From: a virus
Taxonomy: Duplodnaviria; Caudoviricetes
IMG/VR virus record: IMGVR_UViG_3300032288_001600
Coordinates: 1-42,167 of that record
Reading direction: 5' to 3' (one strand)
Length of the DNA: 42,167 bases
Shown: positions 26,026-34,954 of the stretch, in pieces
How positions within the stretch are numbered: the first letter of the stretch is position 1
Layout of the letters: each line of letters starts with the position of its first letter
Program-made: the position numbers and the translations under genes
Notes under the pieces: generated by a model
What the model saw: only the letters and a program-made list of their open reading frames with translations
Told to the model about the DNA's origin: nothing
Databases searched by the model: none

Positions 26026-27918
26026 GTGGAAACATCAGCTTCAGAGATTGCCCGCCAGCTAGGCGGAGCCAAACGATCCGGGGACAACTGGTCGTGCCGG
26101 TGCCCAGCACACGACGACAGGCAAGCGAGCCTGTCAATCAAAGACACAGACGATGGCAAGCTCCTCGTGCGCTGCCACGCAGGGTGTGAACAAAGTGATG
26201 TCATCAATGAATTGAAGATTCTTGGTTTGTGGCCAGGTCAATCAAGAACCAAGCCAGTGCCTAAGTCGCTGCCTCCACCGGTGGTCGTCGAGCTGCCTAC
26301 AACACCCAGCACCAACAGCAAAATTGTCGCGACCTACGACTACGTCGACGAGGATGGAAAGCCTTTGTACCAGGCCGTGCGCTTCGAGCCGAAGACTTTC
26401 CGGCAGCGTCAACAAGCCCCTGACGGCACATGGAAGTGGAGCCTGACCGGGGCGCGTCGTGTGATCTACCGGCTCCCGCAGGTGATCCAGGCCGTGGCCA
26501 CAGGGCAGACAATCTACATCTGCGAGGGCGAGAAGGACGTGCACACCGCTGAAAGCCTGGGCCTGGTGGCCACCTGCAACGCCATGGGGGCGGATAACGG
26601 AAATGGCAACAAGTGGTTTGCGGAGTTTGCGCAGTACCTCAAAGGGGCCAACGTCGTGGTCATTCCAGACCAGGACGAACCAGGCATCCGACACGCTGAG
26701 TGGGTCATATCGACACTCAATGGCGTGGCGTCTAGCGTCAAAGTGTGCAACCCTGCGGCAGGCAAGGATTTGTCAGATTGGGTGCAAGCCGGGGCAAATC
26801 GCTCGGACATTGAGGCCAGCCTGGTCGACGCCTTCGAGGTCGATGGCCACGCCGCAGCGCCCCGCGAGGGCTTCCAGTTCCTGGACGTGGCCGACCTCAT
26901 CACCGACATCAAACCCATCGATTGGCTGGTGCGCGACTACTTCGAGCGCGACGCCATCAGCTTGATCTACGGCCCGCCAGGCTGCGGCAAATCGTTCTTC
27001 GCCATCGACATCGCGGCCAGCATCGCGCTGGGCGAGGATTGGCTGGGCCACAAGGTGCGCAGCGGCCCGGTGTTCTACATCGCAGGCGAGGGCCACAACG
27101 GCTTGGCCAGGCGCTTCAAAGCCTGGGAGGTCTCACGCGGTGTGCCGATCCCAAGGGGGCGGATTTTCAAATCAGCCGGGGCGCTGTCCATCCTGGACGA
27201 GGACGCGGTGCTGGAGATGGTGGGCGTGATCCAGGCCACCATCGAGGTCACCGGCGAGATCCCCGCCACGGTGGTGGTGGACACGCTGGCGCGGAACTTC
27301 GGCGCAGGAGATGAGAACAGCACCGAGGACATGTCCCGATTCATCATGCACGTCGACCGGCACTTGCGCCAGCGCTGGAGCTGCAACGTGCTGATCGTTC
27401 ACCACAGTGGCCACAACATGGAGCGTGCTCGCGGCAGCTCTGCACTGAAGGCAGCGGTCGACTCCGAGATCGAGGTGACCAAGGACGAGGCGGGCAACGT
27501 CAAGATCAAGGCCACCAAGATGAAGGACGCCGAGCTGCCCGACGAGCTGCTGCTCAAGTTGAAATCGGTCGAGCTGCCAGGCGTGGTGGACGAGGACGGC
27601 AACCCAGTCACCAGCGCGGTGTTGCAGCCCGCAGGCAACCTGGCTGCGTCCGTCGTGGCCGAACGTACCGACGGCAGCAAGATCACCGCCAAAGAGGCGC
27701 TTGAGGTGCTCGACCGTGGCTGGCTCTCCGAGCGTGACCTGGGCGAGGCACTCACATGCAGCCGACGCCAGGTGCGCAACGTCATCACGGCGCTCAAGAA
27801 CTACAAATTCATCGACGACAAATCGCTGACCGAGACGGGCCGCGCTGCGCTGTCCAGGCTGGGCCATGAACTCAAACAAAAACACGTCCCGATTTACAAG
27901 CGGGCAGACTTAGATTGA
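26026..27918 (+). CDS. Primase-helicase (Zn-binding + TOPRIM + RepA/AAA_25-type helicase)
   Basis: CPAHDD…CHAGC; CEGEKD; IPDQD; GPPGCGKS; VVDTLAR; HHSG…RGSS. Start is GTG 26026 or 26020. Confidence 0.92.
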   Translation: METSASEIARQLGGAKRSGDNWSCRCPAHDDRQASLSIKDTDDGKLLVRCHAGCEQSDVINELKILGLWPGQSRTKPVPKSLPPPVVVELPTTPSTNSKIVATYDYVDEDGKPLYQAVRFEPKTFRQRQQAPDGTWKWSLTGARRVIYRLPQVIQAVATGQTIYICEGEKDVHTAESLGLVATCNAMGADNGNGNKWFAEFAQYLKGANVVVIPDQDEPGIRHAEWVISTLNGVASSVKVCNPAAGKDLSDWVQAGANRSDIEASLVDAFEVDGHAAAPREGFQFLDVADLITDIKPIDWLVRDYFERDAISLIYGPPGCGKSFFAIDIAASIALGEDWLGHKVRSGPVFYIAGEGHNGLARRFKAWEVSRGVPIPRGRIFKSAGALSILDEDAVLEMVGVIQATIEVTGEIPATVVVDTLARNFGAGDENSTEDMSRFIMHVDRHLRQRWSCNVLIVHHSGHNMERARGSSALKAAVDSEIEVTKDEAGNVKIKATKMKDAELPDELLLKLKSVELPGVVDEDGNPVTSAVLQPAGNLAASVVAERTDGSKITAKEALEVLDRGWLSERDLGEALTCSRRQVRNVITALKNYKFIDDKSLTETGRAALSRLGHELKQKHVPIYKRADLD

Positions 27919-27928
27919 AAGGGCGAGC

Positions 27929-28120
27929 ATGATTTCCAGAGCCATCTTTTTAAGCGCCTTCATCGGTTGGAGCGGGGCCAACCTGCTGCCACCCGAACCA
28001 CCCACCGCTGCGCAGCTCATGGCCAAGGCCAGGCAAAAGTCCCGCAGCGCGGTGTGCGACAAGAAAAAGAAAACCAAGACCGTGCGAGAGCTGTGCAAAC
28101 AATGGGGAGAACCAACATGA
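27929..28120 (+). CDS. Hypothetical protein (63 aa)
   Basis: Hydrophobic N-terminus and basic C-terminus; coupled to the next gene by ATGA. Confidence 0.55.
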   Translation: MISRAIFLSAFIGWSGANLLPPEPPTAAQLMAKARQKSRSAVCDKKKKTKTVRELCKQWGEPT

Positions 28121-28344
28121 CAGATGACGAAATCATTGAGATGGCTAGACAGGCTGGATGTGTTGAAGACAAGCATTACAAAGGCGAAGTCATCTTCATC
28201 AGCAATGACGCGCTTGAACGCTTTGCCAAACTGGTAGCCGCCAAAAAACAAGAAGACATCATTCAAATCATCAAAGAAACACCATTCAGTAATTGGTTTC
28301 AAGCTGATGTGATTGAAGCCATCAGAGCCAGAGGTGAAGCATGA
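28117..28344 (+). CDS. Hypothetical protein (75 aa)
   Basis: GGAGA RBS; MTDDEIIEMARQAG…LERFAKLVAA…AIRARG, a small-phage-protein pattern; ATGA overlaps on both sides. Confidence 0.75.
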   Translation: MTDDEIIEMARQAGCVEDKHYKGEVIFISNDALERFAKLVAAKKQEDIIQIIKETPFSNWFQADVIEAIRARGEA

Positions 28345-28820
28345 GAAAACGATCCAAGTACAAACCCAAGGGCGTGCGCTTTGACGTCATGGCCTACATC
28401 AAGCAAGGCATGCAGCGCATGGCCAGCCACCCGGCAGCGTTGGATTTGCGCATCAAGAACCACCAGGCCTTGACCAGCATCGTGCGTGGCACGGGCACCA
28501 GGGACGACGTGGATGTCCTCATCAACGCCTTCAACGTGACCGAGGCCCTGGCCAAAAAGATCGAGCTGGGCGACCAGTACACCATCGAGATCCAGGGTGG
28601 CCAGGATGCGCTCTTCACCATGGCCAGGCGCTGCGTGGACAAAAACCGGTTCATCTTCACCGGCCCCGAGATGCAGGCCGTGAACCTCGCCATGGAGATC
28701 CACGACGCGCAGTTGGACGAGGTCAGCGTGGCGGATCTGGAGCGGGCGCTGGAGTACGTGGTCGAGCAGATTCGCAACAAGCGGGCGAGGGTGGTGATGC
28801 TGGAGGCACAGGCCAAATGA
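28341..28820 (+). CDS. Hypothetical protein (159 aa)
   Basis: GAGG RBS, high-GC3 codon usage, basic N-terminus MRKRSKYKPK. Confidence 0.8.
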   Translation: MRKRSKYKPKGVRFDVMAYIKQGMQRMASHPAALDLRIKNHQALTSIVRGTGTRDDVDVLINAFNVTEALAKKIELGDQYTIEIQGGQDALFTMARRCVDKNRFIFTGPEMQAVNLAMEIHDAQLDEVSVADLERALEYVVEQIRNKRARVVMLEAQAK

Positions 28821-28838
28821 ATAAAAAAGCACTCCACG

Positions 28839-29023
28839 TTTTGGTCACGCAAGGCCGTACCAGCTTAAAAAATAGGCAGCGTACCAGTTGCGTACCACTT
28901 TTTGAAAACCGCCCGCAAAGCCCCGTGGATACTGGGTTTGACTGGTACGCTAGACCGTGACCAAAAAAAGTTATCCACTGGTACGGTGGTACACACCTTT
29001 AAAGGTGTACCACCACGGACCAG
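28839..29023. repeat. Putative replication origin: GTACC/GGTAC iterons, nested inverted repeats, central palindrome
   Basis: CGTACCA(G/C) at 28856, 28880, 28891; inverse CTGGTACG at 28942, 28978; palindrome at 28985-29014; TTATCCAC at 28971; non-coding, downstream of the primase-helicase operon. Confidence 0.65.
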
Positions 29024-29048
29024 CGTTTCAGTTTTGGTTTCATTTTTT

Positions 29049-29081
29049 GGTGCGCGTAACGAACCATGTGGTTCGTATGAT
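29049..29081 (+). promoter_or_regulatory. Putative late promoter, copy 2
   Basis: GGTGCGCGT-N18-TATGAT. Confidence 0.75.
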
Positions 29082-29111
29082 GTTGCCATCACAACTTGAA
29101 TGGAGGGCAGT

Positions 29112-29351
29112 ATGGCCAAAAAAACTTGCACGGTATGTGGAGTTGAAAAGCAGACCGATCAATTTCAACTTCGGTACGTTAACGAGAACCAGGAACCAAT
29201 TTATCGAAACAACTGCAAAGCATGTCGAAACGTGTTGGATCAAAAGTACAGAGAGCGGATCAGGCGGTGGGCCAACGCTCAGTATGCCGAGACCAAGCGT
29301 TTGGCCGAGCTGGGCAGGAAATACGAGGCCATGCTGAAAGACACCACATGA
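29112..29351 (+). CDS. Small Zn-ribbon protein
   Basis: GGAGG RBS; CTVC…CKAC. Confidence 0.75.
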   Translation: MAKKTCTVCGVEKQTDQFQLRYVNENQEPIYRNNCKACRNVLDQKYRERIRRWANAQYAETKRLAELGRKYEAMLKDTT

Positions 29352-29725
29352 ACAGATTGAACATCACTTTGCCCTATCCGCCATCAGGCAATCACATGTG
29401 GAAACACACCAAGGGTGGAAGCCACTACCTCACCACCAAAGCACGCGACTACTACGCCGATGTGCGCCTGGCTGTGTGGCAACAAGGCAAGCACATCAAC
29501 ATCGACCAGCATGTGAGCGTGCAGTGCATCTTCTACCCGCCAGACAAACGACGCCGAGACCTGGACAACGCCTGGAAGGTGATCTCCGATGCGCTGACCA
29601 GGGCCAACGTGTGGCAGGACGATCACCTGATCCGCCAGCTGCTGCTGGAGTGGCAAACTCCAGTCAAAGGCGGAAAAGTCTTTGTTTCCATTGCCTTGCG
29701 TGATGAGATTGTCGTAACATCTTGA
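29348..29725 (+). CDS. rusA: RusA-like Holliday junction resolvase
   Basis: LPYPPSGNHMW…YPPDKRRRDLDN..K…DAL…DD. Confidence 0.92.
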   Translation: MNRLNITLPYPPSGNHMWKHTKGGSHYLTTKARDYYADVRLAVWQQGKHINIDQHVSVQCIFYPPDKRRRDLDNAWKVISDALTRANVWQDDHLIRQLLLEWQTPVKGGKVFVSIALRDEIVVTS

Positions 29726-29738
29726 GAATTAACCAATA
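29701..29738. promoter_or_regulatory. Tandem operator-like sites upstream of the small HTH gene
   Basis: TGATGAGATTGTCGTAACA (13/16) directly followed by TCTTGAGAATTAACCAATA (11/16); possible promoter TTGCCT-N18-TAACAT. Confidence 0.5.
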
Positions 29739-29748
29739 TCGGAGCGGC

Positions 29749-29997
29749 ATGGCAACACGAATGATCGCGGTCAACGAACACGGCAAGCGCATCGGTGAGG
29801 ATCACCAGCATGCCAAGCTCACCAACGAACAAGTGGATCGCATTCGCGATCTGCACGAAGACCACGGTCTGAAGTATTCACAGCTCGCCGAGATGTACGG
29901 CGTCAGCAAATCGATGATCGCAGGCGTGTGCCAATACCGTCGCCGCGCACAAACCCCATTCGGTTGGAAGAAGCTGGAGCCAGACGATGAAGTTTGA
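29749..29997 (+). CDS. Small HTH DNA-binding protein, candidate late-gene activator
   Basis: AKLTNEQVDRIRDL…LKYSQLAEMYGVSKSMIAGV (HTH); directly upstream of terS. Confidence 0.75.
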   Translation: MATRMIAVNEHGKRIGEDHQHAKLTNEQVDRIRDLHEDHGLKYSQLAEMYGVSKSMIAGVCQYRRRAQTPFGWKKLEPDDEV

Positions 29998-30553
29998 CGA
30001 CGTCACCGACTTGGTGGTCAAGGGCGAAGCCAAAGAACGGCCATTGACGCCCAAGCAGCAGATGTTCGTCCGCGAGTACCTGGTCGATCTAAACGCCAAG
30101 CAAGCGGCCATTCGTGCAGGCTACAGCGCCAAAACAGCGGAGGAGCAAAGCTACCAGCTCATTCGGAAAACTTCGGTTCAACGCGCAATCCAGGCTGGCA
30201 TGGACAAGCGAGCGGTGAGCGTTGACATCAGCGCAACACGGGTGCTGAACGAAATCGCGAAGCTCGCCTTCTTCGATCCGCGCAAGCTCCTCAACGATGA
30301 CGGCACGCCCAAGCGCGTGCACGAGCTGGACGATGAGACCGCCGCAGCGGTGGCCGGGATCGAGATCGTGACCAAGGGCAACGACGACCTGGGCTATGCG
30401 GACATCTTGAAGATCAAGCTGGCCGACAAGTCCAAGAACCTGGAGCTGCTGGGCAGGCATCTCAAACTCTTCACAGACAAGATCGAAATCGATGTCGGCG
30501 GTGAGCTGGCCCAACGCATGAAGGAAGCCCGTGAGCGCACGCGACAAGGTTGA
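29987..30553 (+). CDS. terS: Terminase small subunit
   Basis: LTPKQQMFVREYLVDLNAKQAAIRAGYS…DKSKNLELLGRHLKLFTD. Confidence 0.93.
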   Translation: MKFDDVTDLVVKGEAKERPLTPKQQMFVREYLVDLNAKQAAIRAGYSAKTAEEQSYQLIRKTSVQRAIQAGMDKRAVSVDISATRVLNEIAKLAFFDPRKLLNDDGTPKRVHELDDETAAAVAGIEIVTKGNDDLGYADILKIKLADKSKNLELLGRHLKLFTDKIEIDVGGELAQRMKEARERTRQG

Positions 30554-32060
30554 ACAAGAGCTAGTCGAGTACATGGTCGAGTGCAGCCACGACCCGCTGG
30601 GGTTTGTGCTGGGTGCATTCCAGTGGGGCAAAGGGGAGCTGGCCAAGTTCGACGGGCCCGACCAGTGGCAGCGCGAGACCTTGAACACCATCGGCGAGCA
30701 GCTCCGCGCCGGGCAGATCACCACGCAGGAAGCCATCCAGATCGCCATTGCATCGGGCCACGGCATTGGCAAATCAGCGTTGGTGTCTTGGATCATCCTG
30801 TGGGCCATGAGCACCTACGAGGACACCAAGGGTGTGGTCACGGCCAACACCGAGAACCAGTTGAAGACCAAGACCTGGGCCGAGTTGGCCAAGTGGTATC
30901 GGCTGTGCATCACCCGGCACTGGTTCGAGTTCACGGCCACGGCGCTCTTCGCCAAGTCAGCCGAGCACGAGAAGACCTGGCGCATCGACATGGTGGCCTG
31001 GTCCGAGCGCAACACCGAGGCCTTCGCGGGCTTGCACAACAAGGGCAAGCGCATCTTGCTGGTGTTCGATGAAGCCTCGGCTATTCCCGACCTGATCTGG
31101 GAGGTGTCCGAGGGCGCGTTGACCGATGATGAGACCGAGATCATCTGGTGCTGCTTTGGTAACCCAACCAAGAACGTGGGGCGCTTTCGCGAGTGCTTCG
31201 GCAAGTTCAAGCACCGCTGGAAGACACGCCAGATCGACAGCCGCACGGTCAAGATGACCAACAAGACGCAGCTCCAGAAGTGGGTCGACGACTACGGCGA
31301 GGATTCCGACTTTGTGCGCGTGCGTGTGCGCGGCGTGTTCCCGGCTGCATCGAGCAACGCGCTGCTGGGCCCCGAGGAGGTCGAGGCCGCGATGGCACGC
31401 GAGTACAAGCCCGAGATGTTCAACCACGCCGCCGTGATCCTGGGGGTGGACGTGGCCCGCCAGGGCGATGACGCCAGCGTGATCGCACGCAGGCAAGGCC
31501 AGGCTGCATTTCCGTTGAAGCAAATGCGCATCCCCGACACCATGCTGGTGGCCGCACAAGTCTCCGCGCACCAAGACGAGCACGAAGCCGACGCGGTGTT
31601 CGTGGACGCCACCGGCGGCTACGGCGTGGGCGTGGTCGATGCCATGCGACAAACCGGGCGCGACCCTATCGAGGTGTACTTCAACGGCAAGGCCACCGAC
31701 CAGCGCTACTTCAACAAACGCAGCGAGATGTACTTCGACATGGCCAAGTGGATCAAGAACGGCGGCTCGCTGCCCAACGACCCCGAGCTGGCCGAGGAGC
31801 TATGCGCTGCGACCTACTCGTTCCAGGGCGACAAGTTCCGCTTGGACGACAAGGACACGATCAAGGAAGAGATCGGGCGCTCGCCCGACAAGGCCGACGC
31901 CTTGGCGCTCACCTTTGCCTCGCCCGTGGTCAAGCGCACCTTGGCCAACCGCTACCGCAACCAGGCCAGCCGTGGCGAGTTCGACCCGTACCAGGCCATG
32001 CGGGCTGCGCGTGGTGCGCGTGAGGAGAATCACGACCCCTATAGTTCTCCAAACCGTTGA
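30531..32060 (+). CDS. terL: Terminase large subunit
   Basis: SGHGIGKS, VFDEAS, GNPT, GVDVARQGDD, RSPDKADALAL. Confidence 0.95.
   Translation: MSARDKVEQELVEYMVECSHDPLGFVLGAFQWGKGELAKFDGPDQWQRETLNTIGEQLRAGQITTQEAIQIAIASGHGIGKSALVSWIILWAMSTYEDTKGVVTANTENQLKTKTWAELAKWYRLCITRHWFEFTATALFAKSAEHEKTWRIDMVAWSERNTEAFAGLHNKGKRILLVFDEASAIPDLIWEVSEGALTDDETEIIWCCFGNPTKNVGRFRECFGKFKHRWKTRQIDSRTVKMTNKTQLQKWVDDYGEDSDFVRVRVRGVFPAASSNALLGPEEVEAAMAREYKPEMFNHAAVILGVDVARQGDDASVIARRQGQAAFPLKQMRIPDTMLVAAQVSAHQDEHEADAVFVDATGGYGVGVVDAMRQTGRDPIEVYFNGKATDQRYFNKRSEMYFDMAKWIKNGGSLPNDPELAEELCAATYSFQGDKFRLDDKDTIKEEIGRSPDKADALALTFASPVVKRTLANRYRNQASRGEFDPYQAMRAARGAREENHDPYSSPNR
32013..32045 (+). promoter_or_regulatory. Putative late promoter, copy 3 (within the 3' end of terL)
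   Basis: GGTGCGCGT-N18-TATAGT, 25 nt before the next ATG. Confidence 0.7.
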
Positions 32061-32070
32061 GAGATCCGCA

Positions 32071-32532
32071 ATGCAACCTGCGCTCACCCAGGACAGCCCG
32101 CTATCGCACATGGCCTCGCCCGAGACCGTGCGCGAGCTTGAGCGTCACCTGTTGGAGCTGCCCCAGGTTGATCTGGGTTCAGCGCACATCGTGCACGGTG
32201 GCATGTGCGCACGCACGATTTTCATTCCAGGTGGCACGGTGCTGACTGGCGCTTTGACCAACTGCGACAACATCTGCGTGATGCACGGCGACATCACGGT
32301 GACCACCGATGAGGGGTCGCTGCGCTTGACCGGCTTTCATGTGCTGCCAGCGCGTGCCGGGTTCAAGCGGGCAGGCATGACCCACGCCGACACCTATTGG
32401 ACGACGATCTTCAAGACCGACAAGACCGACGTGCACGACATCGAGAACGACATGACACCCGAGGCCGACATGCTCCAGACCAGGCGCGAGGGCATCGAGT
32501 ACGTGAAGCAACCCGCCTTAGAAGGAGAATGA
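32071..32532 (+). CDS. Cupin-like protein
   Basis: HIVHGGMCARTIFIPGGTVLTG…GDITV…GFKRAG…DTYWTT, a beta-barrel pattern common near podovirus head genes. Confidence 0.7.
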   Translation: MQPALTQDSPLSHMASPETVRELERHLLELPQVDLGSAHIVHGGMCARTIFIPGGTVLTGALTNCDNICVMHGDITVTTDEGSLRLTGFHVLPARAGFKRAGMTHADTYWTTIFKTDKTDVHDIENDMTPEADMLQTRREGIEYVKQPALEGE

Positions 32533-32533
32533 A

Positions 32534-32863
32534 ATGAGCTTTGGAATTTCCGCCGCAACCTGGGCCATGGTGGCCGCAGCCACCACCGTTGCCGGTGTTT
32601 ACGTGCAAAACGAAAGCGCCCGCAAGGCCAACAACCTTCAGCAAGAAGCCATGCAAAACGCCAAGCAAGCTGCGTTGAAGCAAGAGGCTGCGTCCGACCA
32701 GGCCTTCAACAAGGCCAACGCCAAGACCCCCGATGTGGCATCGATCATGTCCGGCGCTTCGCAGTCCGCTCGCTCTGGTGGCGGTGGCACGATGTTGACC
32801 GGCCCGCAGGGCATCGACATGGCTGCACTCAACTTGGGCAAGAGCACCTTGCTGGGCATGTAA
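32534..32863 (+). CDS. Small virion-associated protein upstream of the portal
   Basis: AAGGAG RBS; Ala/Gln-rich, ends GTMLTGPQG…KSTLLG. Confidence 0.75.
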   Translation: MSFGISAATWAMVAAATTVAGVYVQNESARKANNLQQEAMQNAKQAALKQEAASDQAFNKANAKTPDVASIMSGASQSARSGGGGTMLTGPQGIDMAALNLGKSTLLGM

Positions 32864-32866
32864 ACC

Positions 32867-34588
32867 ATGAGTGAATACACCGGCGACAACCAACCCAGCT
32901 CGAGCAAGCTGCCAAAGCGAGACAAGCTCTACACACGCTGGGGCCAGTTGAAGTCCGAGCGGGCCTCCTGGCTTTCGCACTGGAAAGAGATCAGCGACTA
33001 CCTGCTGCCACGCAGCGGGCGCTTCTTCATCCAGGATCGTGACAAGGGCTGGCGCAGACACAACAACATCTACGACTCAACCGGCACTCGCGCATTGCGC
33101 GTGCTGGCCGCAGGCATGATGTCTGGCATGACGAGCCCAGCTCGTCCGTGGTTTCGCTTGGGCATCGCTGACCCGGAGCTGATGAAGTACGCCCCGGTCA
33201 AGGCGTGGTTGCATCAGAACACGCAGATGATGTTGCAGATCTTCAGCAAGGGCAACACCTACCGCGCACTGCACTCGATGTACGAGGAGCTGGGCGCATT
33301 CGGCACGGGCGCATCCATCGTGATGGCCGACTACAACGACGTCATCCGTCACTACCCGCTGACCACCGGCGAGTACGCCATTGCCACCAACTACCGGGGC
33401 GAGGTGACCACCATCTACCGCGAGTTCCAAAAGACCGTGGCCGAGGTGGTAGGCGAGTTTGGCATTGACAAGGTCAGCTCTGCGGTCAAGAACATGCACG
33501 ACCGTGGCAGCTTGGACCAGTGGATCACCATCGTGCACGCCATCGAGCCGCGTGTGGATCGTGATCCGCGCATGAAGGACGCCAAAAACATGCCCTGGCA
33601 GTCGTGCTACTTCGAGCTGAACCAGGATGGCGACAAGTACCTGCGCGAATCGGGCTTCAAGGAGTTCCCCGCATTGGTGCCACGTTGGGCCACCAGCGGT
33701 GGCGACATCTACGGCAACGGCCCTGGCATGGAAGCGCTGGGCGACATCAAGCAATTGCAGCACGAGCAACTGCGCAAGGCACAGGCCATCGACTACAAGA
33801 CCAAGCCACCGCTGCAAGTGCCAGCCTCGATGAAGAACCGCGACATTGAAACGCTGCCAGGCGGTGTGTCGTTCGTCGACATGGCAAGCAGTGCTGGTGG
33901 AATCAAGACCGCCTTCGAGGTGAACCTGGATCTCAATCACCTGCTGATGGACATTGGCGACGTGCGCGAGCGCATTCGTGGTTCGTTCTACGCCGACTTG
34001 TTCTTGATGCTGGCCAACCAAACCGATGCACGCATGACCGCGACCGAAGTGGCCGAGCGCCACGAAGAGAAGCTCTTGATGCTTGGCCCGGTCCTCGAGC
34101 GCCTGCACAACGAGCTGCTCGACCCCATGATCGAGATGACCTTCTCGCGCATGGTGGAGGCGGGCATCGTGACACCACCACCGCCCGAGCTGCAAGGTAT
34201 GGAGATCAACGTGGAGTTTGTCTCCATGCTGGCCCAAGCACAACGCGCCGTGGCCACCAATGGTGTGGACCGCTTCGTGGGCAATCTCGGAGCCGTGGCA
34301 GGCATCAAGCCTGACGTGCTCGACAAGTTCGATGCGGACAAGTGGGCCGATGAGTACAGCGAGATGCTGGGCATCAGCCCCGAGTTGATCGTGCCAAGCG
34401 ACCAGGTCGCCTTCATCCGCCAAGAGCGGGCCAAGGCACAGCAGGCCGCACAACGCTCGGCGATGCTCAACCAAAACGCGGACACCGCAAACAAGCTCGC
34501 CGGTGCCAACACCGGTGGGCAAAACGCCCTCACCGATGTGATGGGCATGTTCTCTGGCTACAACTCACCCGGCCCAACAGGAGTTTGA
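32867..34588 (+). CDS. Portal (head-tail connector) protein
   Basis: 573 aa; PARPWF, YGNGPG, MTATEVAERHEEKLLMLGPVLERL motifs of the T7/BPP-1-type connector. Confidence 0.95.
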   Translation: MSEYTGDNQPSSSKLPKRDKLYTRWGQLKSERASWLSHWKEISDYLLPRSGRFFIQDRDKGWRRHNNIYDSTGTRALRVLAAGMMSGMTSPARPWFRLGIADPELMKYAPVKAWLHQNTQMMLQIFSKGNTYRALHSMYEELGAFGTGASIVMADYNDVIRHYPLTTGEYAIATNYRGEVTTIYREFQKTVAEVVGEFGIDKVSSAVKNMHDRGSLDQWITIVHAIEPRVDRDPRMKDAKNMPWQSCYFELNQDGDKYLRESGFKEFPALVPRWATSGGDIYGNGPGMEALGDIKQLQHEQLRKAQAIDYKTKPPLQVPASMKNRDIETLPGGVSFVDMASSAGGIKTAFEVNLDLNHLLMDIGDVRERIRGSFYADLFLMLANQTDARMTATEVAERHEEKLLMLGPVLERLHNELLDPMIEMTFSRMVEAGIVTPPPPELQGMEINVEFVSMLAQAQRAVATNGVDRFVGNLGAVAGIKPDVLDKFDADKWADEYSEMLGISPELIVPSDQVAFIRQERAKAQQAAQRSAMLNQNADTANKLAGANTGGQNALTDVMGMFSGYNSPGPTGV

Positions 34589-34589
34589 C

Positions 34590-34913
34590 ATGGCATTGGT
34601 ATCCCTCAAGCAAGAAGGCGACGAAGACATCGCCGCCTACCGTCCCAACCAATACGGCTACGGCACTGAGATCAGCTTGAATGCAGAGCAGTGCGAGGCG
34701 CTGGGCATCAGCAAGATGATGCGTGCCGGGCAGACCGTGACGCTGCGAGCCATGGGTGTGGTCACACGCTCCACCGAGGAGCTGGAAGCCTCCACCGATT
34801 CGGGTGGCAAGGACGTGTCGATGTGCATTCAGTTGACCGAGATCGAGGTCAAGGCCACGGGTGGTGCAAATGCAGGCAAGGCCGCGCAGATGCTCTACGG
34901 CGAAGACGATTGA
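34590..34913 (+). CDS. Hypothetical head-module protein
   Basis: AGGAG RBS; YGYGTEISL…IQLTEI…LYG. Confidence 0.75.
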   Translation: MALVSLKQEGDEDIAAYRPNQYGYGTEISLNAEQCEALGISKMMRAGQTVTLRAMGVVTRSTEELEASTDSGGKDVSMCIQLTEIEVKATGGANAGKAAQMLYGEDD

Positions 34914-34915
34914 TT

Positions 34916-34948
34916 GGTGCGCGTAATCCAACACCAACAGACTAAATT
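34916..34948 (+). promoter_or_regulatory. Putative late promoter, copy 4 (scaffold/capsid operon)
   Basis: GGTGCGCGT-N18-TAAATT; the next ATG is only 6 nt after the -10, so the mRNA may be leaderless. Confidence 0.75.
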
Positions 34949-34954
34949 CCCTAC

